Notes: generated from the letters alone by a model not told the origin. A stretch of 64,000 nucleotides of DNA from Patescibacteria group bacterium (GCA_040384565.1 JAZKJC010000008.1:18049-82048), one strand, 5' to 3'. Numbered from the stretch's first letter, positions 8,174 to 18,416 are shown. A program made the numbers and translations.

Positions 8174-9736
8174 ATGTCAACAGCAATTGAAGAAACTCAA
8201 GTACTGTCAACAGCGACAGTAATAGGTGATGTTAAGGCTAGCCTCAAGTTACAGCTAGCTTATGAGCACCCTTTAATGCAAGAACTTGTCTTCGCCCTGG
8301 AAGGTTCGGATGATCCAGATATATCGCTTTGCATTCAATCTACTGGGGATTATATAAGCGAACTTACTCCTTCGCTTGCACTTGAGGCAGCCAACGAAAC
8401 AAGATTAGAAGTTGTAACCGCGGTAGAGGGCAGTTATCCGGATGGATTCACGCGCACTGACAACCATCTTACTGACCCCACAGTTATCAGTGAACCAGGA
8501 GCAAAATCTCACAAATTCAGACGTGCCAAAAATAGAGCCATATTAGCTTCTAAAACAAAGCTTTTGGCAGAAATTAAAATTGACGATATTACCGACCACC
8601 CCACAGTAGCAGCAGAGGAGGCTGAGCTTGAAAGTGCAGTACTTCTAACATTTGCTCAAAAGCAAATCCGTATTTTTGAACTGGCTAATACAATTGCCGA
8701 TACCCTAGCGCCTAGGCGTAGCCGTATTGTTTGCGCTGCGCTTGGAAAGCTTGGTATGGGCCGAAGAGTTTTGCCCAATTTACTCCGCAGTACAACTACT
8801 GCTAACCTTCACCGCACTATAGCAGAACTTGTTAGTCAAATTGGAAGCCTCAGCGACCCTAAGGCGATAGGTCAAGAAGCGGCACTACTGTTGGTCCCAA
8901 GTGTGGTTTCAAAAGCCAGAGAACAGACAAAAAAGTATTATGAGGATATGATTGAGGCAGAACTTTTAACCTTATCTTCTGCCCTACATACTTTACGCAA
9001 GGAAGGTGCTCTGCCACAGCACAAAAGCAGCACCCTTTCACTAGTTAAACCACGCCCGCTTAGCAGCTCTGGAAGTATCGAAGTAGTGATCGATCTACGC
9101 GATCAAGACCCAGAGCCTGTTGACAAGGGAACAACTGATGTTCGTCCAAATGATGTACTGGACGCCACAATGCATACTTTAGCTACCCTGGACGGACGAC
9201 AAGACCCACTCAATGGCCAGGCTAACCTGTCCGAAAAAGCAGCCGCACAGATCAAGCTCATGTTTCCAAATGTAAGTGTGGGCAGAAGGTTTGGTAAGGC
9301 TTATACCGTTCAACCAGTTGGTAGTAACAAAGGCTTATTTCATAAAGATATGGAATCGGCATTAGATGGGCTTATGCAAACACGAGAAATTAAGCGATGG
9401 ATAGCCGAACACCCTAGTACTGCTGGAAGCGTCCGCAGTCTCCTTATGACATTACTCAGCAATCCCCTAGGAACAGGAGTTGAGAAAATTGAAAATGGTT
9501 ATGTGCCAGTGAGCGATGGCAAAAATATAGCACGAAGAACGCAAATGCGCCGTTTTAGTGCCCGCAAAGCAGCTTCTGGCACTCAGAGCCTTTCAAGTAA
9601 TGTAAGTGACCCTGAGCTTAATAAGCTTAGGCTGATTTATGCTTTGCCTGTAATCGATGGCAAGACCGTATTCATGCTGATTGACGCTGGACATAAGCAA
9701 GGCTTTGAAACCAATATACAAAAAAAATACTCCTAA
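8174..9736 (+). CDS. hypothetical protein (520 aa)
   Basis: Long ORF with no recognisable motif. Confidence 0.5.
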   Translation: MSTAIEETQVLSTATVIGDVKASLKLQLAYEHPLMQELVFALEGSDDPDISLCIQSTGDYISELTPSLALEAANETRLEVVTAVEGSYPDGFTRTDNHLTDPTVISEPGAKSHKFRRAKNRAILASKTKLLAEIKIDDITDHPTVAAEEAELESAVLLTFAQKQIRIFELANTIADTLAPRRSRIVCAALGKLGMGRRVLPNLLRSTTTANLHRTIAELVSQIGSLSDPKAIGQEAALLLVPSVVSKAREQTKKYYEDMIEAELLTLSSALHTLRKEGALPQHKSSTLSLVKPRPLSSSGSIEVVIDLRDQDPEPVDKGTTDVRPNDVLDATMHTLATLDGRQDPLNGQANLSEKAAAQIKLMFPNVSVGRRFGKAYTVQPVGSNKGLFHKDMESALDGLMQTREIKRWIAEHPSTAGSVRSLLMTLLSNPLGTGVEKIENGYVPVSDGKNIARRTQMRRFSARKAASGTQSLSSNVSDPELNKLRLIYALPVIDGKTVFMLIDAGHKQGFETNIQKKYS

Positions 9737-9758
9737 TTAAACTCTGTATACTGAGAGT

Positions 9759-10328
9759 ATGGTGTTCGAGGATTATAAGCAGAAAGATTCGGTGGTTATT
9801 GTCTATACGGGCGAGGGGAAGGGTAAAACCAGCGCGGCTGTGGGGCTAATGGCTCGGGCTTTGGGTAACCGCTGGAACATAGCGTTTATACAGTTTATTA
9901 AGTATTGGGGCGTCGGTGAGCATGTGTTTATCCGGGATATTGAGCCGCTTTTTAGGGATCAGCTATTTTTCTATAAAGGCGGCAAAGGCTTTTATAAAGC
10001 TGGGGAATTAAGCGAACAGAACATAACCGAAAAACAGCATCAGGACGCAGCCGCGGAAACATACAAGGTTGCCCTGGAGTGCGTCAGCACCGGGAAATAT
10101 GACTTAGTAATTTGCGATGAAATAAATAATGCTGTTCATGATGGACTGCTGACAACCAAGCTACTTGAAAAATTACTCTTAAATCGATCATCAAAAACCA
10201 GCCTGTGCCTCACCGGCCGCAACTTCCCAAAAAGTTTACTTAAACACATTGATATCGCCACCGACATGACCAAAATAAAACACCACTTTGACGACAAATT
10301 CTTAGCCAATAAGGGCATAGATTTTTAG
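9759..10328 (+). CDS. ATP:cob(I)alamin adenosyltransferase-like (CobA/CobO/BtuR family)
   Basis: The P-loop GEGKGKTSAAVG and the DEINNAV block match the CobA/CobO family pattern. Confidence 0.65.
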   Translation: MVFEDYKQKDSVVIVYTGEGKGKTSAAVGLMARALGNRWNIAFIQFIKYWGVGEHVFIRDIEPLFRDQLFFYKGGKGFYKAGELSEQNITEKQHQDAAAETYKVALECVSTGKYDLVICDEINNAVHDGLLTTKLLEKLLLNRSSKTSLCLTGRNFPKSLLKHIDIATDMTKIKHHFDDKFLANKGIDF

Positions 10329-10330
10329 TA

Positions 10331-10603
10331 TTACTCGTTTCCGATAACTCTACGTGATATTGCTGCCGGCTCGTTGGTTTGGGGATCTAAGATTGGAGGC
10401 TGTTGGGCAAGTTCAGGATCACTGTCAATTACGCTTGCTAGACACTCCTCATAAAAGGCCAGTGCCTCGTCGGGAGTAAGCCCGCCAACTCTGCAAGCTT
10501 CCTCAGTTACTCTGAGCAAATCATTAGCAACTTGGTCTGCTCTCGTTTCTACATGCCTATAATATTCTTCAATTCTTGCACCTCGATCCATAACCCTCCG
10601 CAA
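10331..10603 (-). CDS. hypothetical protein (90 aa)
   Basis: ORF only. Confidence 0.3.
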   Translation of the reverse strand: MRRVMDRGARIEEYYRHVETRADQVANDLLRVTEEACRVGGLTPDEALAFYEECLASVIDSDPELAQQPPILDPQTNEPAAISRRVIGNE

Positions 10604-10762
10604 TAAGCTTAACTCTTATATTATACAGGTTTTGGCGTTACAAAAAATAATTATATACTAAGCCACCGTCATTTTTTTGACCCCGATCGACAGGCATATT
10701 ACTAAGTGCAAGTAGAGTAGGTCTACACTTTGTGAAACGTCTTTGAGATCAAAATACTGGCG

Positions 10763-11725
10763 GTGAATCAGCTATTTATTTACTTATTTGGATTAGTACT
10801 TTATTTGTTTTATAATATATGTATGCTCGATTTATTGGTGAGTCCGTTTCAGGTTCAGGCAAGTGTTGCTCCCGAGCAGCCCTTGGTTGTTATTACAAAT
10901 GCTACATTGGGGTCATGTACTACAGATAATCCCAATTTATTTAGAGAAATAGCGCAAGTCGCACAGGTAAGATTAGGCCGGGACAACAGGAAGCGCTGTA
11001 TTGATATAGCACCAACAGGCATATCTGATGACTTTTTAGATCCTGCAAGAAAAGTCGTATGGGGTGTCTCAAAATCAATTGTTGAAACAGCCGATTCAAA
11101 AGAATTGAATAGCCTTCGGGTATTTTTATATCGCGATCAAAATCAGTATGACAACAGTCAGACAGGTATATTCTATTCAGCTGCAACGCAAGGAATTGAG
11201 ACAGTAATTATAGCCGAGGAAAGCATTATGCTTAGGGCTGTGCGACTGGGTTATGATATACGTCGTGGTCATAACCTGAAAGGTTCGTTCACATCTAAAT
11301 TAGAATACGATGAGATTAGAGACAGCGTTCTACGCAGAAACCGCAATGGCTCTGTCAGCGTAATACCGTTGGCGGGCTACACTTTCACCCCCAGAGATTC
11401 GCCCGCAGGTGAGCGCATGTATTTCAGAAATTACCCATCCTGTGAACTACTGTTAGCTGCGATGGCAGTGGAACAAGCATCTCTAGCAGACGGCGTTATA
11501 CGCTTGTGTGATTCTGGGATTAAAAATCGTGAATACGCCGCAAGAAGTTTAGTTCAGCTAGCTGGCCATGATAATCTTCAGGTTGAGTCGGCAGCTATAA
11601 GCAATGATGGTTCGGTGAATAAGCTATTTAGCTGGGGTACTGAGAAATCCTTAAGCAAAAGGCTGAGAAATATCGTACGTAATGCTAGCGAATATCACCA
11701 ACAGCGCTGCCGTCAGCACATATAA
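10763..11725 (+). CDS. hypothetical secreted/membrane-anchored protein
   Basis: 320 aa with a hydrophobic N-terminus. Confidence 0.5.
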   Translation: MNQLFIYLFGLVLYLFYNICMLDLLVSPFQVQASVAPEQPLVVITNATLGSCTTDNPNLFREIAQVAQVRLGRDNRKRCIDIAPTGISDDFLDPARKVVWGVSKSIVETADSKELNSLRVFLYRDQNQYDNSQTGIFYSAATQGIETVIIAEESIMLRAVRLGYDIRRGHNLKGSFTSKLEYDEIRDSVLRRNRNGSVSVIPLAGYTFTPRDSPAGERMYFRNYPSCELLLAAMAVEQASLADGVIRLCDSGIKNREYAARSLVQLAGHDNLQVESAAISNDGSVNKLFSWGTEKSLSKRLRNIVRNASEYHQQRCRQHI

Positions 11726-12572
11726 GATCAAGAGGCATGCTGCGCGGACCAAACGCCCAGCTTTCACGTAAATATTCATCTGCGAATAGTAGATTAATCG
11801 TATTGCCAGCACGATCGTATTGACGATTCGCGAATGTAAGCTTGAAAAATGTTCTGGGACCGGTGCTGGTTGCCGGCACAGCTTGGTGCACGCAGTATGC
11901 ATCAAACACCGTAACCTGACCGGCAGCAAAACTAATTCTTTTTTCTCGGTCTGTTTGACCTGCGAACACATCATCCATCCAATGCGTATCAATATCAACG
12001 CCGTCCATGTCATAGACTTGAGGGAAAAAGAGAGTCGGATCACGATCGGTTGCAGAATAGCCATGTTCTATCATTACCTTAGGCTGTATCCGCCGACCTT
12101 GAAGTCCATCTGAATGAAGACCACCGCTATTTTGACGCTGCCCTTGGATAACTTCACTACGCTGAAGTGAAAGATACGCATAAAACTCATCCACGCGAGG
12201 ATTAAGGCCTTGCTCATGCGAAGCGCATAATTCCAGTATGTATCGTATACAAGCAAGTTCCTTAGGAACCCGGTATTCTGATCCAGGGAATTTTAACGGC
12301 ACAGAGTTATATTTGGTACCTATGAGTACTTGGCTAAAATCTGCTTCTCCAACCACATATGGCATACGCGGCTCTTCAAAACCATGGAGATCAAAAATAG
12401 TATTTATGTCACGGGCTATCAGTGAACCGTCCGGTGCTCCTGGGGCAAACTGTGGATCAAGGTCAAGATTATAGCCACCCTGTTCACCAAGTATCAGCGC
12501 CTGGCGCATATCGGAACCAGGTATATGAAAACTACCTAACTCGTTTTCTGATGGGTGAACTGTTCTAGCCAT
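11685..12572 (-). CDS. hypothetical protein, possibly a 2OG-Fe(II)-oxygenase-like fold
   Basis: 295 aa with HSD...H spacing. This is a weak guess. Confidence 0.45.
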   Translation of the reverse strand: MARTVHPSENELGSFHIPGSDMRQALILGEQGGYNLDLDPQFAPGAPDGSLIARDINTIFDLHGFEEPRMPYVVGEADFSQVLIGTKYNSVPLKFPGSEYRVPKELACIRYILELCASHEQGLNPRVDEFYAYLSLQRSEVIQGQRQNSGGLHSDGLQGRRIQPKVMIEHGYSATDRDPTLFFPQVYDMDGVDIDTHWMDDVFAGQTDREKRISFAAGQVTVFDAYCVHQAVPATSTGPRTFFKLTFANRQYDRAGNTINLLFADEYLRESWAFGPRSMPLDLICADGSAVGDIR

Positions 12573-12775
12573 AATACTATTTCCTCATAAGCTACTACTG
12601 AGCTTATTTTAAGTAATATACTATACTAATTGTAAAGTAAAATTGCAAGCATTTCTTATGATTGCCAGTATATTGCGTCTGGCCACATTGCATGTATAAA
12701 AACCTTAACCATCCTATCTAAGGTATTTGGTCCAGCTCCTGCGGAATAATTTATTATTGGTGCTAGAATCAATGC

Positions 12776-13285
12776 ATGGCACGGTTATATTTATTGATGG
12801 GGTATCCTGGGGCGGGGAAGACGACTGCTGCGCAGGCTATTCGTGAGGTAACTGGGGCGGAGCATGTGTCTTCTGATGCAATGCGGATTAAAATGTTTCC
12901 ACAGCCTACTTTTAGCCAGACGGAGCATGATCAGCTTTACCGGCATATAGACCGTGAAGTTGAACACTTGCTCAAGGCTGGGAAAGACGTTATTTACGAT
13001 GCAAACCTGAACCGCCACCGCCACCGCCAGGAAAAATATGCTATCTGTGAGCGCACTGGCACTAAAGCTGTGCTTATTTGGGTGCAAGCGCCTAAAGAGC
13101 TGGCCAAATCCCGGGCCGTTAACCAAAGCCGAGCGCACTTAGTGCCACAAGACGAAAGCCCCGCTGCCATGTTTAACCGCATTGCCAGATTAATAGAAGA
13201 GCCACATCCTACCGAATCCTACATTTCTATGGATGGAACCCAGATTAGCCCGGAATATGTTTCCGCCAAATTGAAACAGAAATGA
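12776..13285 (+). CDS. P-loop NTPase / predicted kinase (AAA_33-like)
   Basis: Walker A motif GYPGAGKTT. Confidence 0.6.
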   Translation: MARLYLLMGYPGAGKTTAAQAIREVTGAEHVSSDAMRIKMFPQPTFSQTEHDQLYRHIDREVEHLLKAGKDVIYDANLNRHRHRQEKYAICERTGTKAVLIWVQAPKELAKSRAVNQSRAHLVPQDESPAAMFNRIARLIEEPHPTESYISMDGTQISPEYVSAKLKQK

Positions 13286-13863
13286 GAAAGAGGACTAGGC
13301 GCAAGCTACTGACTCTAGTACTGAGTATGTTGATTGCGCTGGCAGGTTTTTATACCGAAAAGCACCAAGACCAAGTAGGGCGGGTGGCCAGTAGTGTCAC
13401 GACAGGTAGCTACCGCGTAACTGAATTCTCTGATGGGGACACCATAACGGTAGATATGAATGGCACGCAGGAACGTATCCGAATGATTGGAGTTGACACT
13501 CCAGAAACAAAAGATCCGCGCAAGGCAGTGGAGTGTTTTGGCAAAGCAGCCTCCGAATACACCAAACAACTGATTGGTAACGGGCCAGTTAGGTTAGAGG
13601 CGGATAGCCTAAGCACTAATCGTGATCGTTATGACCGATTGCTGCGTTACGTTTACACTTCAGATAACAAGCTGGTTGAGGCCGAAATTATCAAAAACGG
13701 CTACGGCTTTGCCTATGTCAGCTTCCCGTTCAGCAAGCTGGATGAGTTCAGGCTCTATGAAAAAGAAGCCCGCGAGCAAAACCGGGGGCTTTGGGCCGGG
13801 TGTCAGCCGTATGTCGACAGTAAGGGCTATATACATAGCAACGAAGAAACAAAAGTTCTCTAA
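13282..13863 (+). CDS. thermonuclease (staphylococcal-nuclease-like) family protein with an N-terminal membrane anchor
   Basis: SNase blocks are present: DGDTITV, RIRMIGVDTPE, RLLRYVY, GYGFAY. Confidence 0.8.
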   Translation: MRKRTRRKLLTLVLSMLIALAGFYTEKHQDQVGRVASSVTTGSYRVTEFSDGDTITVDMNGTQERIRMIGVDTPETKDPRKAVECFGKAASEYTKQLIGNGPVRLEADSLSTNRDRYDRLLRYVYTSDNKLVEAEIIKNGYGFAYVSFPFSKLDEFRLYEKEAREQNRGLWAGCQPYVDSKGYIHSNEETKVL

Positions 13864-13896
13864 AACAATTTCGGCGCCCGCTTCGCTCGCTTACGA

Positions 13897-14026
13897 CCCG
13901 GCCTCCTGCAAGGAAGCCGGGCTTAACAACTCCTCGCTTCTAATTGTGACTTTGACATTCCTGCCTACCGGCAGGCAGGCACGCTTCCGGAGCCTGAGGA
14001 GGCTCCATGGGGCTGCGCTCTTTTTT
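13897..14026 (+). terminator. three consecutive GC-rich hairpins ending in a T6 run, downstream of the nuclease gene
   Basis: Hairpins are cccggcctcc/ggaagccggg, cctgcc/ggcagg and ggagcct/aggctcc, then tttttt at 14021-14026. Confidence 0.45.
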
Positions 14027-14072
14027 AATCTGGCTTATGGTTGCGTTAAAGACGTCTGCATAATATTCTAGG

Positions 14073-14414
14073 TTGCATAAGGAGATGTGCATGAAGCCAA
14101 GATATATAGGCGTGACACCTGGTGGAATCCCCCACGTTAATGTAGAACCGAGTCACAAAGGCGGTATTTTTGTTGTTAATATTAGAGATGAGAGTTTTGC
14201 TGGATCTCTTATAAGACTATCCGGCTTATCACTACCGGATGCGTACGCGCTACAGAATGGAGATAGTTCGATACTGGATGTCTATTGTCCAGCGGATCCA
14301 GACAGACCCGGAGTAAGGGTACTAGCGAAATGCACTGGATCTTTAGCATTAAACTCCCATGCTTCGTTAAGCCTTATTGATGGGTTTCGGGAGTTTACAC
14401 CAATGGAGCAATAG
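14073..14414 (+). CDS. hypothetical protein (113 aa)
   Basis: ORF only. Confidence 0.35.
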   Translation: MHKEMCMKPRYIGVTPGGIPHVNVEPSHKGGIFVVNIRDESFAGSLIRLSGLSLPDAYALQNGDSSILDVYCPADPDRPGVRVLAKCTGSLALNSHASLSLIDGFREFTPMEQ

Positions 14415-14415
14415 G

Positions 14416-14631
14416 CTATAGGCTCGCCAATTGTTGTTCGTGTTTTTCGACCTGCTGGCTTAAGTCCGTAACGGCTGCTTTTATGGTTTTTATGTCGGCT
14501 TTAACTTCTTGTAAATCAGATTGTTTGGCTAACTGTTTCATGTCGTCTCGCATTTGAGTCACTAATTCAATAACCGCGTCAAATTTACTGTTCATGTCTT
14601 CAAGAACTAAGTCGGTGTGGTCATCGCTCAT
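14416..14631 (-). CDS. hypothetical small coiled-coil protein
   Basis: 71-aa ORF of helical/charged character. Confidence 0.35.
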   Translation of the reverse strand: MSDDHTDLVLEDMNSKFDAVIELVTQMRDDMKQLAKQSDLQEVKADIKTIKAAVTDLSQQVEKHEQQLASL

Positions 14632-14665
14632 ATAGTAATTGTACCAGTATTGGGGATATTTACTC

Positions 14666-15073
14666 TTACTGATTATCTCTTAGATGCCTTAGCCACCCTT
14701 CTAGCATCCATGTGATGTTTAGTCCTTTTTCATCTACAATCATATTAGAATTTTTAAATGTTTGCGGAGTATTATCCAGGCTCATTCCGTTAGTAATTAC
14801 GGCACACGGTATGTCGTGATCTTGCACTGCTTGCACTAATTTTGGAGCCGTCAATTCAGAAAATCCACCACGCCCAATTCTATGTGCAATCATTGCAGCC
14901 TTAAGAACTTTAGGGTCATGTTCTATTTCTTCAATAGCTGGAATTGCCTCATCAAAATTTACAGGCTGCCACCCTGCTACACGGGCCACATCAACCCATC
15001 TGTCAAGTGCATCATCCTTGGTTAAATCAGTATCAACTATTAGTACACGAGGTAGCTCGCCTGGCGCTGTCAT
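14666..15073 (-). CDS. hypothetical protein, possibly a receiver-like (REC-fold) domain lacking the canonical phospho-Asp
   Basis: The N-terminus RVLIVDTD resembles a REC strand 1. The expected Asp position reads H/R. Confidence 0.35.
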   Translation of the reverse strand: MTAPGELPRVLIVDTDLTKDDALDRWVDVARVAGWQPVNFDEAIPAIEEIEHDPKVLKAAMIAHRIGRGGFSELTAPKLVQAVQDHDIPCAVITNGMSLDNTPQTFKNSNMIVDEKGLNITWMLEGWLRHLRDNQ

Positions 15074-15230
15074 ATCAAACCTGTCTGTTACTTGGATTAT
15101 TATTTAATATTATAGCACGTTATTGTTAATATGCTATTATCATTTTTTAAGAACTTTTGAATAATTCCCAAGGCAAAAGTCTAGGGTCGAACCCTTAACA
15201 GGGATAAATTTTTGCACTTTATTTGTAAGG

Positions 15231-16427
15231 CTAATTTTTGTAGATGTTTTCTAGGTTTTGGGCTAGGACTTCGAGGCTGTAGGTTTTTTCGGCATAGGCG
15301 CGGATGGGTTGGGCTGATTTGGGTGTTTTCTTAATAAGAGTTTTAGACAATGCTTCGGCTACTGATGCCGGGTCGGGCCCATTAGCCAAAACATGCCCTT
15401 GTGGCGCAATTAGACTTGCCAGATTTTTATCACTCAGTACTGCCATCGCTCCGCTCGCGGCAGCCTCGACTAGAACTATCGCCTGGGTATCAAAATTATG
15501 TGAAGTCAAGACAAATACATCCGTCAGCTCCCAAAATAACTTGACCTTATCATATGGCAAACCGCCATGAATGCGCACATTATCTAGGTTGTGACGCCTC
15601 GCAAAAGCTTTTACTGCCGTTAGCTCCGGGCCATTGCCAATGATATCAACTAAAAAAGCTCGATCAGTGCTTTGGCTTAAGCGCTTAATCACCTCCATAA
15701 AAACAAGTGGGCGCTTTTCGGCAGAAACACGCCCGATCCACAATATTCGTACCGGCAGGGTAGGGTCTTCAAAGCGAGGTGTTATAGTCGTTAGATCAAT
15801 TGCATTCGGCACAACCGCATAATTACCCTCAGGATAGTACTGCTTCAGCTCCTCCATAAAGTGAAGTGAGGGCACAATTATAGCTTTGGCATGATGTGAA
15901 CTGGAAAAAATTTTCTTCAGAAGCCAGCGTTCATACAAGTAGCTGGTCTGACCGGCCAGCCTATGTGAGCGATGCGTGCCGGTACGCTTACTTTGCCACA
16001 GTGACTGTGTACGTCCGACGCCAGACAATAAGTATCTAAGCGGTCGTTTGTAGTTATGCTTAGCCCAACTAACATCATTAGTATGTATGGTTTGAATTAA
16101 AGGGGTACCATACTTGTGAGCATACCAAGTTGCCAAGTGACCAACGCCTAAGTCGGTGTGCATATGCACAATATCAAGCTTAAGGGCGCTGACAGCAGCT
16201 TTATTACGCCCAGAAACAGTTACAGTTGGGTGCATATGCGGATGCCAGGATTTAAGAGTCTCCAGCCGCAATATTCCAGGTTCACTCTGTTTAGCGCCTT
16301 TATATTTTGGACAGACCACCGTTACGTCGTGCCCATGGGACCGAAGCGCCTGGGCATGGGTGAGCACGGCAGTTTCTACTCCACCCTGATGTGGCATGTA
16401 AAAATCTGTAAAAAGTCCTATTCGCAT
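15231..16427 (-). CDS. glycosyltransferase family 4 (GT-B)
   Basis: 398 aa. The N-terminus MRIGLFTDFYMPHQGGVE and the C-terminal EAAASG-type block match GT4. Confidence 0.85.
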   Translation of the reverse strand: MRIGLFTDFYMPHQGGVETAVLTHAQALRSHGHDVTVVCPKYKGAKQSEPGILRLETLKSWHPHMHPTVTVSGRNKAAVSALKLDIVHMHTDLGVGHLATWYAHKYGTPLIQTIHTNDVSWAKHNYKRPLRYLLSGVGRTQSLWQSKRTGTHRSHRLAGQTSYLYERWLLKKIFSSSHHAKAIIVPSLHFMEELKQYYPEGNYAVVPNAIDLTTITPRFEDPTLPVRILWIGRVSAEKRPLVFMEVIKRLSQSTDRAFLVDIIGNGPELTAVKAFARRHNLDNVRIHGGLPYDKVKLFWELTDVFVLTSHNFDTQAIVLVEAAASGAMAVLSDKNLASLIAPQGHVLANGPDPASVAEALSKTLIKKTPKSAQPIRAYAEKTYSLEVLAQNLENIYKN

Positions 16428-16444
16428 GTTGTGTTTGTCCCTAT

Positions 16445-17251
16445 TTATTCCTCTAGCGGTTTACGGCCAAATACACGTGCCACATACTCTACCAAGTTAA
16501 TGATAGGCGAAAGCGCGTACAGTAGGACGGCTCCAAGCCAACCAAACACCCAAGTCCATCTGCCGTGCCGCTTGAGCGTGTGGGGCCACCACATCATATT
16601 TTCTAACAGCTCACGCCGGTTTGAGCGTACCCGCCGAACCTTCAGGCCTACCCGCAGGCTTTCCCGGTAGGTAATAGGGTAGCCAAGACTATTTACATGA
16701 ATGGCGAGATCCAGATCCTCGTGTTGGTCCAGGTAATGGCATACCAGTGTCTTTGTTTCATCCCATAGATGCTTAGGAATAACCATGTTCGTACCAAATA
16801 ATATATAGTGCCCAAGCAGTAGGCGATTTATGCGAAAGGCAATTTGCCCTTGTACCCAGCCGGCAAAGCGTGGAAACCGAAGATTATAGATGATTCCACC
16901 ACCTGTCAGCGCGTGATCTTTGTGATGCTCCTCACTGTAAAACCGTTTGACATAATGTACCCATCCCGGGAAGAGGAGTGAATCCGCGTCGATGCGCCCA
17001 ATAAGGTCACATTTAGCCGCGTTAAAGCCACTGTCACGGGCAAAGACAATACCTTGTTTGGGTTCTTGAATAATTGTCACAAATTCATAGGTCTTTGCAA
17101 TCTCAACAGTCCTGTCAGTCGAATTATTATCAACAACTATGACTTCATCCGGCGGACTGGTTTGCTTGGCAATTGCATCTAGGCACGCTTTGAGGTGCTT
17201 TTCTTCGTTAAACGCCGGTATAACAATCGATAGTGTTAATGTTTTTTGCAT
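16445..17251 (-). CDS. glycosyltransferase family 2 (GT-A)
   Basis: The N-terminal block SIVIPAFNEE...VIVVDNNSTD is typical of GT2. Confidence 0.85.
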   Translation of the reverse strand: MQKTLTLSIVIPAFNEEKHLKACLDAIAKQTSPPDEVIVVDNNSTDRTVEIAKTYEFVTIIQEPKQGIVFARDSGFNAAKCDLIGRIDADSLLFPGWVHYVKRFYSEEHHKDHALTGGGIIYNLRFPRFAGWVQGQIAFRINRLLLGHYILFGTNMVIPKHLWDETKTLVCHYLDQHEDLDLAIHVNSLGYPITYRESLRVGLKVRRVRSNRRELLENMMWWPHTLKRHGRWTWVFGWLGAVLLYALSPIINLVEYVARVFGRKPLEE

Positions 17252-17276
17252 GAATATTGTAAACTGATATTAACAG

Positions 17277-18416
17277 ATGGGCACAATAAGTCGAAAGTCG
17301 AAAGTCGAAAGTCGAAAGTCTACATCAAGAATTTCGCGGTTTAGTCTTGGCTATTTTTGGCAGCAGTTTAAGCAATGGTTTCGCGCAAAGTGGTGGCATA
17401 AAATAATTGCCGTAGTAGTTGCGGCTGTCATGTTATTTGTAAGCGGCATGTACGGGATTGCCCAGTGGTATATCTGGCAGAACCGGCACACACCAGTACG
17501 TATTGGCGCCACATTTATCCCTAACTACGCCAAATATCTAGATCTTGACCCTAAGGAAACGCTCAATGCCATGATAAATGATCTGGGCATTCAGCACTTG
17601 CGCTTAGTCAGCTACTGGAAAGATCTGGAACGTGAACCCGGTCAATACGACTTTTCGGAGCTTGACTGGCAGGTTGATATGGCAGACAAAGCACATGTCC
17701 CAGTTTCACTTTCACTAGGATTACGCCAGCCGCGCTGGCCGGAATGCCATATGCCCGCATGGGCGGAGAAATTACCAAAAGAAGCCTGGCAACCGGAACT
17801 CGAGAAATATATTCAAAAAGTTGTAGAACGTTACAAGGACCGCGAAATAATAGAAAGCTACCAGCTGGAAAATGAGTTTTTCTTAACAGTTTTTGGTATT
17901 TGCCCGGATTTTGACCGTAATCGATTAATTAAAGAAGCAGAATTAGTCAAACGTCTGGATCCTAACCGCAAACTTATTATTACGCGAAGCAACAATGCTA
18001 TGGGCTTGCCGATTGGCCAGCCACGCCCAGACGAGTTTGGTGTTTCAGTTTATAAAAGAGTTTGGGATAAATCTGTAACTAAGCGCTACTATGAGTACCC
18101 TCTCCCGGCCTGGTTTTACGCCTCTTTGGCTGGCGCTGGCAAAATTGCTACCGGCAAAGATTTGATTGTCCATGAGCTGCAAGCAGAAGCCTGGATGCCA
18201 GACGGATTTGAGATTAAAACCGCACCCCTAGAAGAACTAGACAAATCCATGAACCCGGACAGGTTACACCACCGCATCCTATATGGGATAGGCACTGGGA
18301 TGAAAACAGTAGACCTTTGGGGCGTGGAGTGGTGGTATCAGATGAAAACTAAACGCGACTCACCAGACCTATGGAAAACCGCTAAATACGAGATCAACAA
18401 AGCCAGCAAGAAATAA
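17277..18416 (+). CDS. membrane-anchored putative glycoside hydrolase (TIM-barrel-like)
   Basis: 379 aa with an N-terminal TM helix and Glu-containing blocks (QLENEF, HELQAEAW). Only an ATG at 17277 is in frame upstream of the TM helix. Confidence 0.5.
   Translation: MGTISRKSKVESRKSTSRISRFSLGYFWQQFKQWFRAKWWHKIIAVVVAAVMLFVSGMYGIAQWYIWQNRHTPVRIGATFIPNYAKYLDLDPKETLNAMINDLGIQHLRLVSYWKDLEREPGQYDFSELDWQVDMADKAHVPVSLSLGLRQPRWPECHMPAWAEKLPKEAWQPELEKYIQKVVERYKDREIIESYQLENEFFLTVFGICPDFDRNRLIKEAELVKRLDPNRKLIITRSNNAMGLPIGQPRPDEFGVSVYKRVWDKSVTKRYYEYPLPAWFYASLAGAGKIATGKDLIVHELQAEAWMPDGFEIKTAPLEELDKSMNPDRLHHRILYGIGTGMKTVDLWGVEWWYQMKTKRDSPDLWKTAKYEINKASKK
17288..17320. repeat. (GTCGAAA)x4+ heptanucleotide tandem repeat inside the 5' end of the 17277..18416 CDS
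   Basis: Read directly. The 7-nt unit is not a multiple of 3. Confidence 0.9.

Noticed and set aside
13622-14071. 149-aa plus-strand ORF spanning the end of the nuclease gene and the GC-rich hairpin block
   Set aside because: It overlaps the 3' end of the thermonuclease gene in another frame and reads through three terminator-like hairpins. It is most likely non-coding.
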